A program made the translations under genes and the position numbers. Positions 52,301 to 63,952 of a stretch of 64,000 bases of DNA are shown piece by piece. Each line of letters opens with the position of its first letter. Within the stretch, counting starts at the first letter, position 1. The notes beneath the pieces were generated by a model. The model worked only from the letters and a program-made list of their open reading frames with translations. It searched no databases and was not told the DNA's origin. Source of the DNA: Antedon mediterranea (Eukaryota > Animalia > Echinodermata); contig NC_092678.1 in NCBI RefSeq assembly GCF_964355755.1, positions 7,208,422 through 7,272,421 on the forward strand, read 5' to 3'.

Positions 52301-55135
52301 GTTTTAAAAAAAGCAAAAGTGCCACTTCAACCTATACCCGTAACAGATACTGCTTTCAGACAGATCGGTATGGATATTGTTGGGCCTTTGGTAAAGACAG
52401 AAAATGGTAAGGTATCTCATGACAAATTACTGAAAAACAAAAATGCTGTGACTGGATAAAAAAGCTAAATCAAAACGTAAAAGTAAAAAGCAAGAAGACA
52501 TGAATGAAATACGTTCAGAAAACTTTGTAATTCATTCTTCAGGGCCTAAAATTACAGTTAATAATTAGTTCTGTTCGGCCTTTATTGTAATAGGGCTGAA
52601 CTTAAATTTATTATTGTAAAGGCACAAGCGCAATTTCTGTGAGGTTTCTTGAAATTGTTAACTAAACTAAAATTATGACAGTTCTCTTTTTTACACTGTC
52701 AACAAAAACTAGATTTACCAAGAATCAGATGCTCTTATTATTGTCACCGGATTTACATCGATTATGGCTATACTGTAATAATCTTTATTTCTGCCTGTTT
52801 TAATTTGATCCAAACCATGACTGGGGTAATACTGTTCAGCGCATAGAGGTTTTACAACATTAGGCGCTATGTAAATCCACGATATTATTATTGTTCTTGT
52901 TCTTATTATATTTATTGATATTAATATTGTTATTATTATTGTTATTTCATTCGTACAGTTCGGGTGTTGTACATCTCATCATGACATTTTGACACTACTA
53001 TTATTACGGCTTATTATATTATTATTTGCTGTGTTTCAGGTAATCGGTACTTACTTGTATTTACGGAGTACCTTACCAAATGGGTGGAAGCTGATGCAAT
53101 TCCAGATAAATCTGCTAAAACAGTGCTGAGATCTTTTATTGATTTTGTCTGCAGACATGGAACACCTTCTATATTGATTACAGACCAGGGTAGAGAGTTT
53201 TGTAATGAGCTGAATGACAGCTTCTGTAAGCTGATTGGGGTAGACCACAGAGTTGCCTCACCATACCATCCTCAAACAGGCGGGCAAACGGAGCGCTTTA
53301 ACAGAACACTTTGCACAATGCTTATGACGTTGACCAACGCAGACCAAAATGACTGGGATATACAACTCCCATACGTGTTGTTTGCCTACAGAACATCCGA
53401 GCACAAGTCTACGAAATGTGACCCATTCTCATTAGTTTACGGTAGAAAGGCTGTGTTGCCTGTAGAATTACGTATTCCCATCGTTTCGTCTAATAAAGAT
53501 GACATATCCGGAACTGTTCCTTTAAAAATAAGAGTGGACGCTTTTTTGAAACTCAAAGATTCAAGGAGAAAGGCATCAGAAAATATCAAAAAAGCACAGA
53601 AAAAGCAAAAACATTATCATGATGCTGGTGTTAAAAGCAACACGTACTATGCAGGAGATCAAGTGCTCTTGCAGAATTCCAGAAATTTGTCAAGAAAGGG
53701 AGGCAAACTTAATGCTCGATGGACTGGTCCATATATTATAGAAAAAGTCCTCACTCACAATACATATCGACTAAAAGGAAGAAGGGCTATTGTTAACGGA
53801 AACAAGATCAGACATTACAAGTCCGATAAAACAACCTCTTTGAACTGTCCATCATCAAGCACTAAACAGAAATGTAATACCAATGATAAGCATCTCCCTC
53901 CAAAGAAACGAAAGCGAACGCCAGACATCCCACCTGAAGTAACGCACCATGATAACATACCTACATCCAAGAATGGTGATATCACACCGGATGATCACAT
54001 TATTAACATACCTACATCCAAGAATGTTGATGATAACGATAACAGACCTACATCCAAGAATTATGATATCACACCGGATGATCACATTAACATACCTACA
54101 TCCAAGAACGATGATATCACACTGGATAATCACGATAACATACCTACATTAGACAATGATAATGTCGCACCGGATGATGACCATGACAACAGTAGGCCTG
54201 TATCTGATAGTGATGTGGTATACCTCAACACGAAAACTTCAAGAAAGTTATTCTTTCCTGTCGATGCCAATTGGCAGCTTGAAAAGGCAGCACCATTTGG
54301 TATCAATGTCAAAAATTTTCACAAAACTCACTTAAAATGTGAAATGGACAAGGCAGCCAGGCCTACTAAAGTTGTTAATATGAGAGGGGACGGCAACTGT
54401 CTTTTTAGGGCTTTGAGTTATATTCTCTTTGGTGTCCAGAACTACCATGTAGTTGTACGGGATTACATACTAAACTATATGTCCATGAACAAAAACCTAT
54501 TTGAAAAAATTGAATCCAGATCATTTGAACGATACGTGGAAGACACGAGAATGGGGGAATATGGGACATGGGGTTCGGACATCGAAATCATGGCATTTGC
54601 GACCATGTCAAATACGAATGTTTATGTTTACAGTAAATATGGAAGAAGGAAAGGGCTTCCACATTATGAATGGTTGAAATATGCACCAATAAGTAATCAG
54701 TTTGGTGATTTAGTATCTGAAAGAAACATCTACCTATCAAACTTATGTGCACACTTTGAGCCTGTCCTGGATGTAGACAAGAAAACTTATGACGCTGAAT
54801 TAAAATACACTCGTACACCATACGCACCAATCAAAAACCACCTTGCACGGAAATACTGGGATATTGTATCCGATGTGACCCTCAATGCTGCTCTGGTAGA
54901 TAATTACGAAGATGAAGCGGTAATGCGTTCCGAAGGCATTATGGACGTTATATACGTATCTGAATTCACGGACACACATTATGACATTGAAGCAGTCAAC
55001 CATCTAAAAGATGATATCGATCCAAATATATTCAATTTGCTTTGTGACATGGAACATTTCCCGGAAAGGATTCATCAGAGCAACAATGAAGTACCTGGAC
55101 AATTATATGTTGATTCATACAACGTCACTCTTTAA
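49311..55135 (+). CDS. Ginger1 transposase (Gypsy-like DDE integrase) fused to an OTU cysteine protease, 847 aa. Exons 49311-49558, 52207-52406, 53040-55135
   Basis: In-phase GT-AG introns. YL...YP...LYY (YPYY-type) motif; H-H-C-C zinc finger (IHKQAHGGH...CDQC); DDE triad (GMDIVGP, ITDQGREF, QTERFN); WTGPY; basic PPKKRKR; repetitive linker; OTU motifs GDGNCLFRALS, WGSDIEI, AHFEPV. Confidence 0.93.
53945..54185 (+). repeat. Coding minisatellite in the integrase-OTU linker
   Basis: aacatacctacatccaagaa..atgatatcacaccggatgat repeats encode NIPTSKNxDITPDDH units. Confidence 0.85.
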
Positions 55136-56274
55136 CTGTAGGCCTACCTATGACCGGTAATCTCAACATACACAGAAGCATTAAATGGTGAAAAGGGTAT
55201 TTGTTTACCTTATAGAGGTAAGTTTCGTTAATGCTTTGATTTTTTACAGGTGCTTCCGTCAAGAGGAGATTGTCGGCTTTGTCTGAAACTCATCGACGAA
55301 GAAATACCAATTGCATTTGTCGGACCAGAAAGAAGAACATAGATTCACCACAGCGGCTAATTAAAGCGTCACCATCTTTCATTGAATCAACGGAAGACGA
55401 ATATCTGAGCATAAGTACGTCAAAGGCTCAAGGGGTCTAATGGCAGGTAACAACAGATCAAATACAGTGTGTCCAGTGTAAACATGCAATGATGTGTCAT
55501 GCGCCCTGCTTTGATCGCTACAAGGATTAAAAAATTAATTAAAAAGCAGATTGTATAAAAGAATAACGCGACTAAAGGTCCGGTAAGGTAAAAGTACGTG
55601 AATTAGATTGTAACTAGTGTTTATTTTTATTGTATTTTTATGTTTAAAAAACTTTTTCATATTTACAACTCATATGATTCTGTTTCATAATGTTATGCAA
55701 TTTTCTTCTATAATATGTTTTCTTTGGTCAAAGGGGCACATACAAACGTGCAACCTACCCTCGCTATGATCATCAACCTTGACGTGGTAGCGAGGCTTGC
55801 GTGCTTCCAATGTATTGGTAGCCAGACCAATGATGATCAATAACAAAGTAAAATAAATACAAACACACTTACTGAAACAAGTTTTAATAGCAATAAATAA
55901 ATAAATAAATAAATATTTTTCTGTAACTATTGTTCATTATTATTACACTATTATTATTTTATCCTGTTAATATAAGTAATGATCAATGATATATAATTTA
56001 TGTTTACAAAACTCGTTCATATTTACAACTCATTCTGACAAGATAACAACATTTAATATTTTTGTAATTCACAATTCATACATTTATTTGTAATGTATTC
56101 ATGAATTTGCTTTTCCTTCATCCAATCTACATAGTAGATATATGAAACTATTGTTCTAACCACGTGACTATGTAGCATAGAACATTAATTCTAAACCGCC
56201 CGGTAATATACTGAAATTTAATTAATTAATTTGAAACGATAAAGATGAGGAAATCTGTGAGAATGAGTTAAAGT

Positions 56275-56346
56275 CGCCCCAACCGAGACTCGAACTCGGA
56301 CCGCCTGCTTGATATGCAGATGTCCTAACCGTTAGACCACTGGGGC
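56275..56346 (-). pseudogene. tRNA-like sequence (Asp-like, anticodon ATC) within a repeat unit
   Basis: GCCCCAGTGGTCTAACGGTTAGGACATCTGCATATCAAGCAGGCGGTCCGAGTTCGAGTCTCGGTTGGGGCG folds as a cloverleaf with A and B boxes, but the anticodon loop is atypical and the flanks are repeated elsewhere. Confidence 0.6.
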
Positions 56347-56540
56347 TTTCACGGTTCGAACTCGATTGGATAGCGACTCTTTAACATTCTCGGCGTGGTA
56401 CGGCGGAACAGCACTAGTCCTCAGTTGTAAACACAACAGGCATAGAAATAAATTCCAAACCGCCCGGTGATACACTGAAAATGATTTAATTAATTTTTGA
56501 AACGATAAAGATGAGGAAATCTGAGAGAATGAGAAAAAGT

Positions 56541-56612
56541 CGCCCCAACCGAGGCTCGAACTCGGACCGTCGGCTTGATATGCAGTTGCCCTAACCATTA
56601 GACCACTGGGGC
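56541..56612 (-). pseudogene. Second tandem tRNA-like copy with a disrupted anticodon stem
   Basis: Part of a ~265-bp duplicated unit (56185-56410 / 56450-56685). Confidence 0.55.
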
Positions 56613-56686
56613 TTTCATGGTATTGTTCTTTAACTCGACCGGATAACGACCCTTTAACATTCTCGGCGTGGTACGGTTGGAACACA

Positions 56687-56723
<37 letters not shown>

Positions 56724-56832
56724 CAGTAACAAGTGTACATTATTGTAAATATAACAAATACATATATATTATATATATATATATATATGTATATGTATTT
56801 GTTATATTTACAATAATGTACACTTGTTACTG
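56724..56832. repeat. Long near-perfect palindrome with a (TA)n centre
   Basis: cagtaacaagtgtacattattgtaaatataacaaatacat and its exact reverse complement flank a TA tract. Confidence 0.9.
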
Positions 56833-57573
56833 AACTATGGAGAATTTTTTTTTTCCGAAATAAAAGAAGAATGAATGAATGAATTTATTTTCAATCTTTC
56901 TACATAACAACAAATATATAGTATAACAGGGGAGTAGCGGAAAAGCAAAAGTAAAGTAAATTTGAACCAGCCAAACATGTATGAAACATTATCCAGTAAG
57001 CACATTTTATAAGAAGCTTTTGTTTATTAAAATGGGTTTCTCTGAAATTCCAGAAGTTTATTAAACATTGAAAATAACACAATCGCCTTTAAACAAAATG
57101 CTGTTCAAAAAAAGAATCGGTTGAAGCAAGCGTTCTTATAACATCCGATAAAATGAAGGTTCAATAAAGTAGCCCTATTAACAAATGTATGAGGTCTCAG
57201 GCCTATCCCATATTAATTATTTTTATAGATACATTAATTTTAAGATTCCAGATACCGAATTGTTGTTTTTTTACATAACAAGTCATTTTTTCTTTGAATA
57301 TAAATTCTGATTTAAGGACAAAATACTAAAATAAATACTTACACCAAAGGTGCATAAAAACGTGTTGATGTGGCGCTATATCGATGTCATTATCTTTGCA
57401 TTCACCCTAGACGCACATAGTGTGACACCCCTACCATATTCTCGATGTGACGATCAATGTACCAATTAACATAATACTTCAGTAAAACTGATTATGTTTT
57501 TTCAAGAGATCAGCTATATCGTGTTGATTATAAAAAGGTGCAACTTTTAATTGATTGGGGATTAAACAAGTAA

Positions 57574-60500
57574 ACTATTTATTCTTCTTGTCTTTACTCG
57601 TACAAAATAATATAACGGTCGCTAATTGGAAGTGTTTAAACTAAAGTGATCTATAATTGGAAGAGGACCCGTACAATTACTTGTTTTTTATCACATGATT
57701 ATAAACTATTTATTCTTCTTGTCTTAACTAGTATTTATTCTTCTTGTCTTTATTCATACAAAATAATATAACGGTCGCTAAATGGAAGTGTCTTAAAGTA
57801 AAGTGACCTTTAATTGGAAAAGGACCAGTACAATTACTTATTTTTTATCACATGATTAAAATCTATTTATTCTTCTTGTCTGTACTCATACAAAATAATA
57901 TAACGGTCGCTAATTGGAAGTGTCTTAAAGTAAAGTGATCTTTAATTGGAAGAGGACCAGTACAATTACTTGTTTTTTATCACATGATTAAAATCTATTT
58001 ATTCTTCTTGTCTGTACTCATACAAAATAATATAACGGTCGCTAAATGGAAGTGTCTTAAAGTAAAGTGATCTTTCATTGGAAGAGGACCAGTACAATTA
58101 CTTGTTTTTTATCACATGATTAAAATCTATTTATTCTTCTAATTGTCTGTACTCATACAAAATAATATAACGGTCGCTAATTGGAGGTGTCTTACAGTAA
58201 AGTGACCTTTAATTGGAAGAGGACCAGTACAATTACTTATTTTATATCACATGATTATAAACTATTTATGCTTCTTGTTTTTATTCATAAAAAATAATAT
58301 AACGGTCGCTAATTGGAAGTGTTTTAAAGTAAAGTGATCTTTCATTGGAAGAGGACCAGTACAATTACTTGTTTTTTATCACATGAATAAAATCTATTTA
58401 TTCTTCTTGTCTGTACTCATACAAAATAATATAACGGTCGCTAAATGGAAGTGTCTTACAGTAAAGTGACCTTTAATTGGAAGAGGACCAGTACAATTAC
58501 TTATTTTTTATCACATGATTAAAATCTATTTATTCTTCTTGTCTGTACTCATACAAAATAATATAACGGTCGCTAAATGGAAGTGTCTTAAAGTAAAGTG
58601 ATCTTTCATTGGAAGAGGACCAGTACAATTACTTGTTTTTTATCACATGATTAAAATCTATTTATTTTTCTAATTGTCTGTACTCATACAAAATAATATA
58701 ACGGTCGCTAATTGGAGGTGTCTTACAGTAAAGTGACCTTTAATTGGAAGAGGACCAGTACAATTACTTATTTTATATCACATGATTATAAACTATTTAT
58801 GCTTCTTGTTTTTATTCATAAAAAATAATATAACGGTCGCTAATTGGAAGTGTCTTAAAGTAAAGTGATCTTTCATTGGAAGAGGACCAGTACAATTACT
58901 TGTTTTTTATCACATGATTAAAATCTATTTATTCTTCTTGTCTGTACTCATACAAAATAATATAACGGTCGCTAATTGGAAGTGTCTTACAGTAAAGTGA
59001 CCTTTAATTGGAAGAGTACCCGTACAATTACTTATTTTATATCACATGATTATAAACTATTTATTATTCTTGTCTTTATTCATACAAAATAATATAACGG
59101 TCGCTAAATGGAAGTTTCTTGAAGTAAAGTGACCTTTAATTGGAAGAGGACCAGTACAATTACTTATTTTTTATCACCTGATTAAAATCTATTTATTATT
59201 CTTGTCTGTACTCATACAAAATAATATAACGGTCGCTAATTGGAAGTGTCTTAAAGTAAAGTGATCTTTAATTGGAAGAGGACCAGTACAATTACTTGTT
59301 TTTTTATCACATGATTAAAATCTATTTATTCTTATTGTCTGTACTCATACAAAATAATATAACGGTCGCTAAATGGAAGTGTCTTAAAGTAAAGTGATCT
59401 TTCATTGGAAGAGGACCAGTACAATTACTTGTTTTTTATTACATGATTAAAATCTATTTATTCTTCTAATTGTCTGTACTCATACAAAATAATATAACGG
59501 TCGCTAATTGGAAGTGTCTTAAAGTAAAGTGATCTTTAATTGGAAGAAGACCAGTACAATTACTTATTTTATATCACATGATTATAAACTATTTATGCTT
59601 CATGTTTTTATTCATAAAAAATAATATAACGGTCGCTAATTGGAAGTGTCTTAAAGTAAAGTGATCTTTCATTGGAAGAGGACCAGTACAATTACTTGTT
59701 TTTTATCACATGATTAAAATCTATTTATTCTTCTTGTCTGTACTCATACAAAATAATATAACGGTCGCTAATTGGAAGTGTCTTACAGTAAAGTGACCTT
59801 TAATTGGAAGAGGACCAGTACAATTACTTGTTTTTTATCACATGATTAAAATCTATTTATTCTTCTTGTCTGTACTCATACAAAACAATATAACGGTCGC
59901 TAATTGGAAGTGTCTTAAAGTAAAGTGATCTTTAATTGAAAGAGGACCAGTACAATTACTTGTTTTTTTGTCATATGATTAAAATCTATTTATTATTCTT
60001 GCCTTTATTCATACAAAATAATATAACGGTCGCTAATTGGAAGTGTTTAAATTAAAGTGATCTTTAATTGGAAGAGGACCAGTACAATTACTTGTTTTTT
60101 ATCACATGATTAAAATCTATTTATTCTTCTTGTTTCTATTCATACAAAACAATAATAACGGTCGCTAATTGGAAGTGTTTAAATTTAAGTGATCTTTAAT
60201 TGGAAGAGGACCAGTACAATTACTTGTTTTTTATCACATGATTATAAACTATTTATTATTCTTGTCTTTACTCATACAAAATAATAAAACGGTCGCTAAT
60301 TGGAAGTGTTTAATTTTAAGTGATCTTTAATTGGAAGAGGACCAGTACAATTACTTGTTTTTTGTCACATGATTAAAAACTATTATTACTCTTGTCTTTA
60401 CTCATACAAAACAATAAAAATGGTCGCTAATTGGAAGTGTCTAAACTAAAGTGTTCTTTAATTGGAAGAGGACCAGTATAATTACTTGTTTTTATTACAT

Positions 60501-60595
60501 GATTATTATTATATTGTTATTTATTCTTCTTGTCTTTATTCATACCAAATAATATAATGGTCGCTAATTGGAGGTGTTTTAAGCCAAGTTATCTT
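57574..60595. repeat. Satellite array, ~132-bp unit, ~23 copies, inside the Ginger element
   Basis: Anchor aacggtcgctaa recurs every 132-135 bp (e.g. 57902, 58034). Confidence 0.97.
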
Positions 60596-61089
60596 TGAAA
60601 AATAAAAACTAGTTTGGCATTATTAACAAATAGTGGTCGTTAAAAAAAGACAAGTGCATGCGCAATCACGATCAAAACCTGAATCTCAAATCTCAACCAC
60701 GGACGGTATTCAATCCAAGGGTCAGACATTATTAAACGCGCCGGACAGCATTAAATTGTTGGAAAACGCCCGCGAACCCGTTGAAACATGCAATTGGACA
60801 CTATCCAATGCTGAAAAGTGTCCACCCGGACACTTTTGAATGATGGACACATTTCAATCTTACACCGGACAAGAAGGTGCTATAGCACTCTTATCTCCAA
60901 TAATGTACCCGGCCACCGTACACGCTTATAAAAAAATACTTCCGGGTTATATTTTTTTACGGAAGCAGGGATATTCCCCGGTTATCAACAACTGTGTCAA
61001 GATTGAAAAATATTACGTAGAGAAAAAGACATTTTTCAATCGTGTTTTACCACAATAATTGTTATTGGTTTGATTCAAATTATACAGGT

Positions 61090-63952
61090 ATGGCGGGCGT
61101 ATCTGTACCAGTCGGTTATCATGTCGCTGAGATGAACAGAGTTGGTTGGATTATACCAACCAGGTATCAGATTATGCAAGCCGTCGGCACTGGGGCGTAC
61201 GGAAGCGTTTGGTAAGCTTGTTTGAATGATGAGTGTGAAAGCGTTTGGGTGACCTGGCTACTAGCCTAGGCCGGCCTAGGCCTATTATTAGAAAATGAAT
61301 TAATAAGCCAGCAATGTGTTTATTTTATCTTTTAATTAACACTTTCCTAATATAAATGACAGGATTGCTTGCATGATTCATTCATTCAGTATATTATTTA
61401 TTCAAATTATAAATGGTCCAATTAAAATTGGTTTTTAAAAAAGTATAAGAAAAGAAAAACATGATTTATTGTTATAATGTATTGTTATATCTAGAAGATA
61501 CAGTACCATATTTCTGGCTACTAAAGGTACAGTTAAGGGTGCTATGTAAGCATAGATATAAACGGTGTTGAAATCATGAATGAAGAAACTTTTTTTTTCA
61601 TTAATTTTTTGATCACAATACTTCAGTATGATTCAGTAATGTACTGTAATCAGCGCAAACTTGTGTCTTGACCGTAGCCGTACCAGGTACATTGTACACC
61701 TGAGTGGAGAGGTAAACTTAAGTAAAATACAAGCAATACAGTGAGCGTTTGATTGAACCCACAATCTCATGACAGTCCAACGCACCGCGCCACATGCCCT
61801 TACATGTTACCTTCAATGTTTTCATCTACCAACAGCAGATATGTTTAGTAATCAAAAGTTTAAATTTATGTATTTATACAAATAATGAATGTTTGTGAGT
61901 TGAATGGTAAGAATATTTCACAAGTTGGAAAATTGACTCCTCTGTTTTTAATGAGGTACAAGCCGAGTTGAAAATAGGCAGTCAATTTTTATTTATTTTT
62001 TTTTATTCTGGTTTATTAAAAACAAAGACATGGCAGTACAAAACTGAATTGCGTCCAGTAACATAAACATAAAAAATATATCAAAAACGAGCAAGATTTA
62101 CACAAACATCCAATATAAAAATATATATATATATATACAAAATGCATTAAAAAAAAAATAAAGAATATACAATTACAAATTTACAAAGATATATATCAAA
62201 AACGAGCAAAATTACACAACCATCTAATATAAAAATATATATATACACATAAATTCATAAAAAAAAAAAAATAAAGAATATACAATTACAAATTTCAAAA
62301 CTGCGAGTAAAATTATTAATTATCCGTAGGCCTATCAAAATTAAGAATTTCATATATATATATTATTGCACTACTGTATAAGGTCATTGTTAATCAGGAA
62401 TGGGAGTGTGGATTTCTTAAATCTTTCTGTTCTACATTTAATTTGGGATATTTTGTTTGCGTTTCTGAGAGATCTACCTGTCGCTTCAGCACGGGTATTG
62501 GGAATTTTACAATGAATGAAATATTCTCTCCATTCAACGAATACAAAACATTTATTATTTGTTTTAATTTTTATAACCTAATACAAAATATTCATTATTT
62601 TTTATTTTTACCTACTTTTATTCAATTTAATCCAACAAACAATTCTCAAAATGTTTACAAAAAGCTGTACATGGTATTAGAACACCTTTATTTTTCACCA
62701 TTAGATATCACTTTTTCTAATTTCAAATGACACATGATGCATAATTAAGCAATCAAATTGTAAGAATAAAATATTATGACTGTGTGTTATAAAAATGACA
62801 GTTGAATCTATTTAGATGTTAATATATAAAACAAATAATGAATGTTTTTATATTTGTGTAATGGTACAAATAATGGCATTTGGTGAATGATGAAAGGTTA
62901 AATATCAACTCAGCTTTGCCTCGTTAATATAACCTTTCATTATTCACCTCATGCAATTATTTGTACCACACTCATAAAACATTCATTATTTGTATAATAT
63001 TGCATGTAATTTTAATGTTAAACAGTTCTGCAAAGGACACACAATGCAATAGGCAAGTTGCAATCAAGAAGCTAGCAAGACCATTCCAGTCCAAGATTCA
63101 TGCTAAACGAACATACAGAGAGTTGAGGTTACTGAAACACATGAAACATGAAAACGTAAGTTTTTTTTACCTTGCATTCTTGCCATTTTCACAGTGGCAG
63201 CATCTGTAGGTTTCGAACCCTGGATTAGCGCAGGAATCTGAGCACTGTCCATTCAGGCATTTGACTAGCTTACGATACAGCGAAATGTCATAACCGATTA
63301 GTCTTTGTAAAGCATTATAGCGCCCTCTATCAAAAGCTGGATACCTTTAAAACCAACAATGTTAGTACACAATACCATTCAATATTGGCTGATCCAAGAT
63401 CTGAAATGGGTGTGTGGAATAAGGCGCGGGATGGGTTGTGCCGACCCCAAGGACTTTAAGAACGCATTTCATTGCACAGCCTGATTTGGCCATACCTTGC
63501 TTAGATATTCTTATTTATGTGTCCAAAAAAACTTTTAATTTGACAATCTAAACAGAAAATCTTGCGACAAAGGAATGCACTCAGAGTCGAGAATGTTCCT
63601 GGCCTACAGATAAAATTTTCGTACTAATTACACCTAAATTTATCAAAAATATATATTTTCCTTTTTATTTGCAAAATCAGTGTACGGTAGTGTGAAACAG
63701 GGTTTATTGGTCTTTTAAATGTGTTCACACAACCAAAATATTTGAAATACTGTATTACTATTAATTGTTGTATTTTCACAGGTTATTGGTCTTTTAAATG
63801 TGTTCACACCTGACCAAACATTAAAAGATTTTCAGGATGTTTACATGGTAACTCACCTGATGGGTGCTGATCTCAATAATATCGTCCGCACACAGAAATT
63901 GACAGATGACCATGTGCAGTTCCTTATTTACCAAGTTATAAGAGGGTTAAAG
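61090..63952 (+). CDS. MAPK14: p38 mitogen-activated protein kinase (MAPK14-like), 3'-partial. Exons 61090-61211, 63026-63155, 63782-63952
   Basis: Spliced product has RYQ...[55 protein letters not shown] and [16 protein letters not shown]...[18 protein letters not shown], all diagnostic of p38; GT-AG, in phase. Confidence 0.96.
62070..62297. repeat. ~120-bp A-rich tandem duplication in p38 intron 1
   Basis: atatatcaaaaacgagcaa...ataaagaatatacaattacaaattt occurs twice. Confidence 0.75.

Larger units (their letters stand above)
45581..60864 (+). mobile_element. Full-length Ginger1-type DNA transposon (15.3 kb)
   Basis: Imperfect ~65-85-bp TIRs (tgtaagatt.aaat.tgtcc...aaagtgtcc...tggaca.ttttcagcattg) with TGT...ACA ends; 4-bp TSD CCGG at 45577-45580 and 60865-60868; spliced Gypsy-like integrase with no gag, RT or RNase H. 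Confidence 0.9.

Noticed and set aside
49311-55135. Gypsy LTR retrotransposon pol gene
   Set aside because: No gag, protease, RT or RNase H; it has introns, TIRs and a 4-bp TSD; the single LTR nearby has its own TSD and no partner.
56275-56612. Functional tRNA-Asp genes
   Set aside because: Atypical ATC anticodon with A at position 32, a broken anticodon stem in copy 2, and flanks belonging to a dispersed repeat.
57574-60595. CRISPR-like array
   Set aside because: The whole unit repeats with no unique spacers, there are no cas genes, and the context is eukaryotic. The same applies to the 46-, 47- and 21-bp arrays.
60633-61058. Two short plus-strand ORFs upstream of p38
   Set aside because: They overlap the Ginger right TIR and the p38 promoter/5' region and have no recognisable motifs.
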